From: Tubulanus polymorphus
Lineage: Eukaryota > Animalia > Nemertea
Assembly: GCF_964204645.1 (NCBI RefSeq)
Contig: NC_134028.1
Location: forward strand, 16,747,653 to 16,811,652
DNA: 64,000 nucleotides
Reading direction: 5' to 3'
The first letter of the stretch is position 1. Each line of letters starts with the position of its first letter. The translations under genes and the position numbers were made by a program. The notes under the pieces are model-generated. The model saw nothing but the letters and a program-made list of their open reading frames with translations, made no database searches and had not been told where the DNA came from. Positions 63,911 to 64,000 of this stretch are shown in pieces.

Positions 63911-64000
63911 CCGGTCTCCTATCTTAGAGAAACCAACCGACCGAGAGCGTCACTACGATGGACAGTCATGATCAATTTTGTTTAGCTTAGTCGAGCCGAC

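Overview
AT-rich, intron-bearing animal (probably lophotrochozoan/marine invertebrate) DNA made almost entirely of nested mobile elements. The centrepiece is a complete but decaying 17.9-kb Polinton/Maverick-like virus (18527-36426). It carries pPolB, RVE integrase with chromodomain, packaging ATPase, major and minor capsid, an HNH nuclease and several membrane proteins, with no recognisable adenain protease. It has two unusual properties. Almost every ORF starts in a TAAATG initiator preceded by one of two conserved upstream motifs resembling poxvirus late and intermediate promoters. Each ~560-bp TIR begins with a 410-bp fold-back carrying the element terminus at both ends. The Polinton, a Sola1 element, an ISL2EU element and a Gypsy element are inserted into two tandem copies of a ~3.7-4-kb host repeat, so empty and filled sites can be compared inside the window. 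Also present: BEL/Pao remnants, a Merlin transposase head-to-head with a spliced DUF3987-like ATPase gene, a Penelope insertion with inverted arms and two hammerhead ribozymes, two rearranged copies of a spliced OB-fold gene, Helentron-like short repeats and a Myb/SANT remnant. All family assignments come from motif recognition by eye, not database searches.
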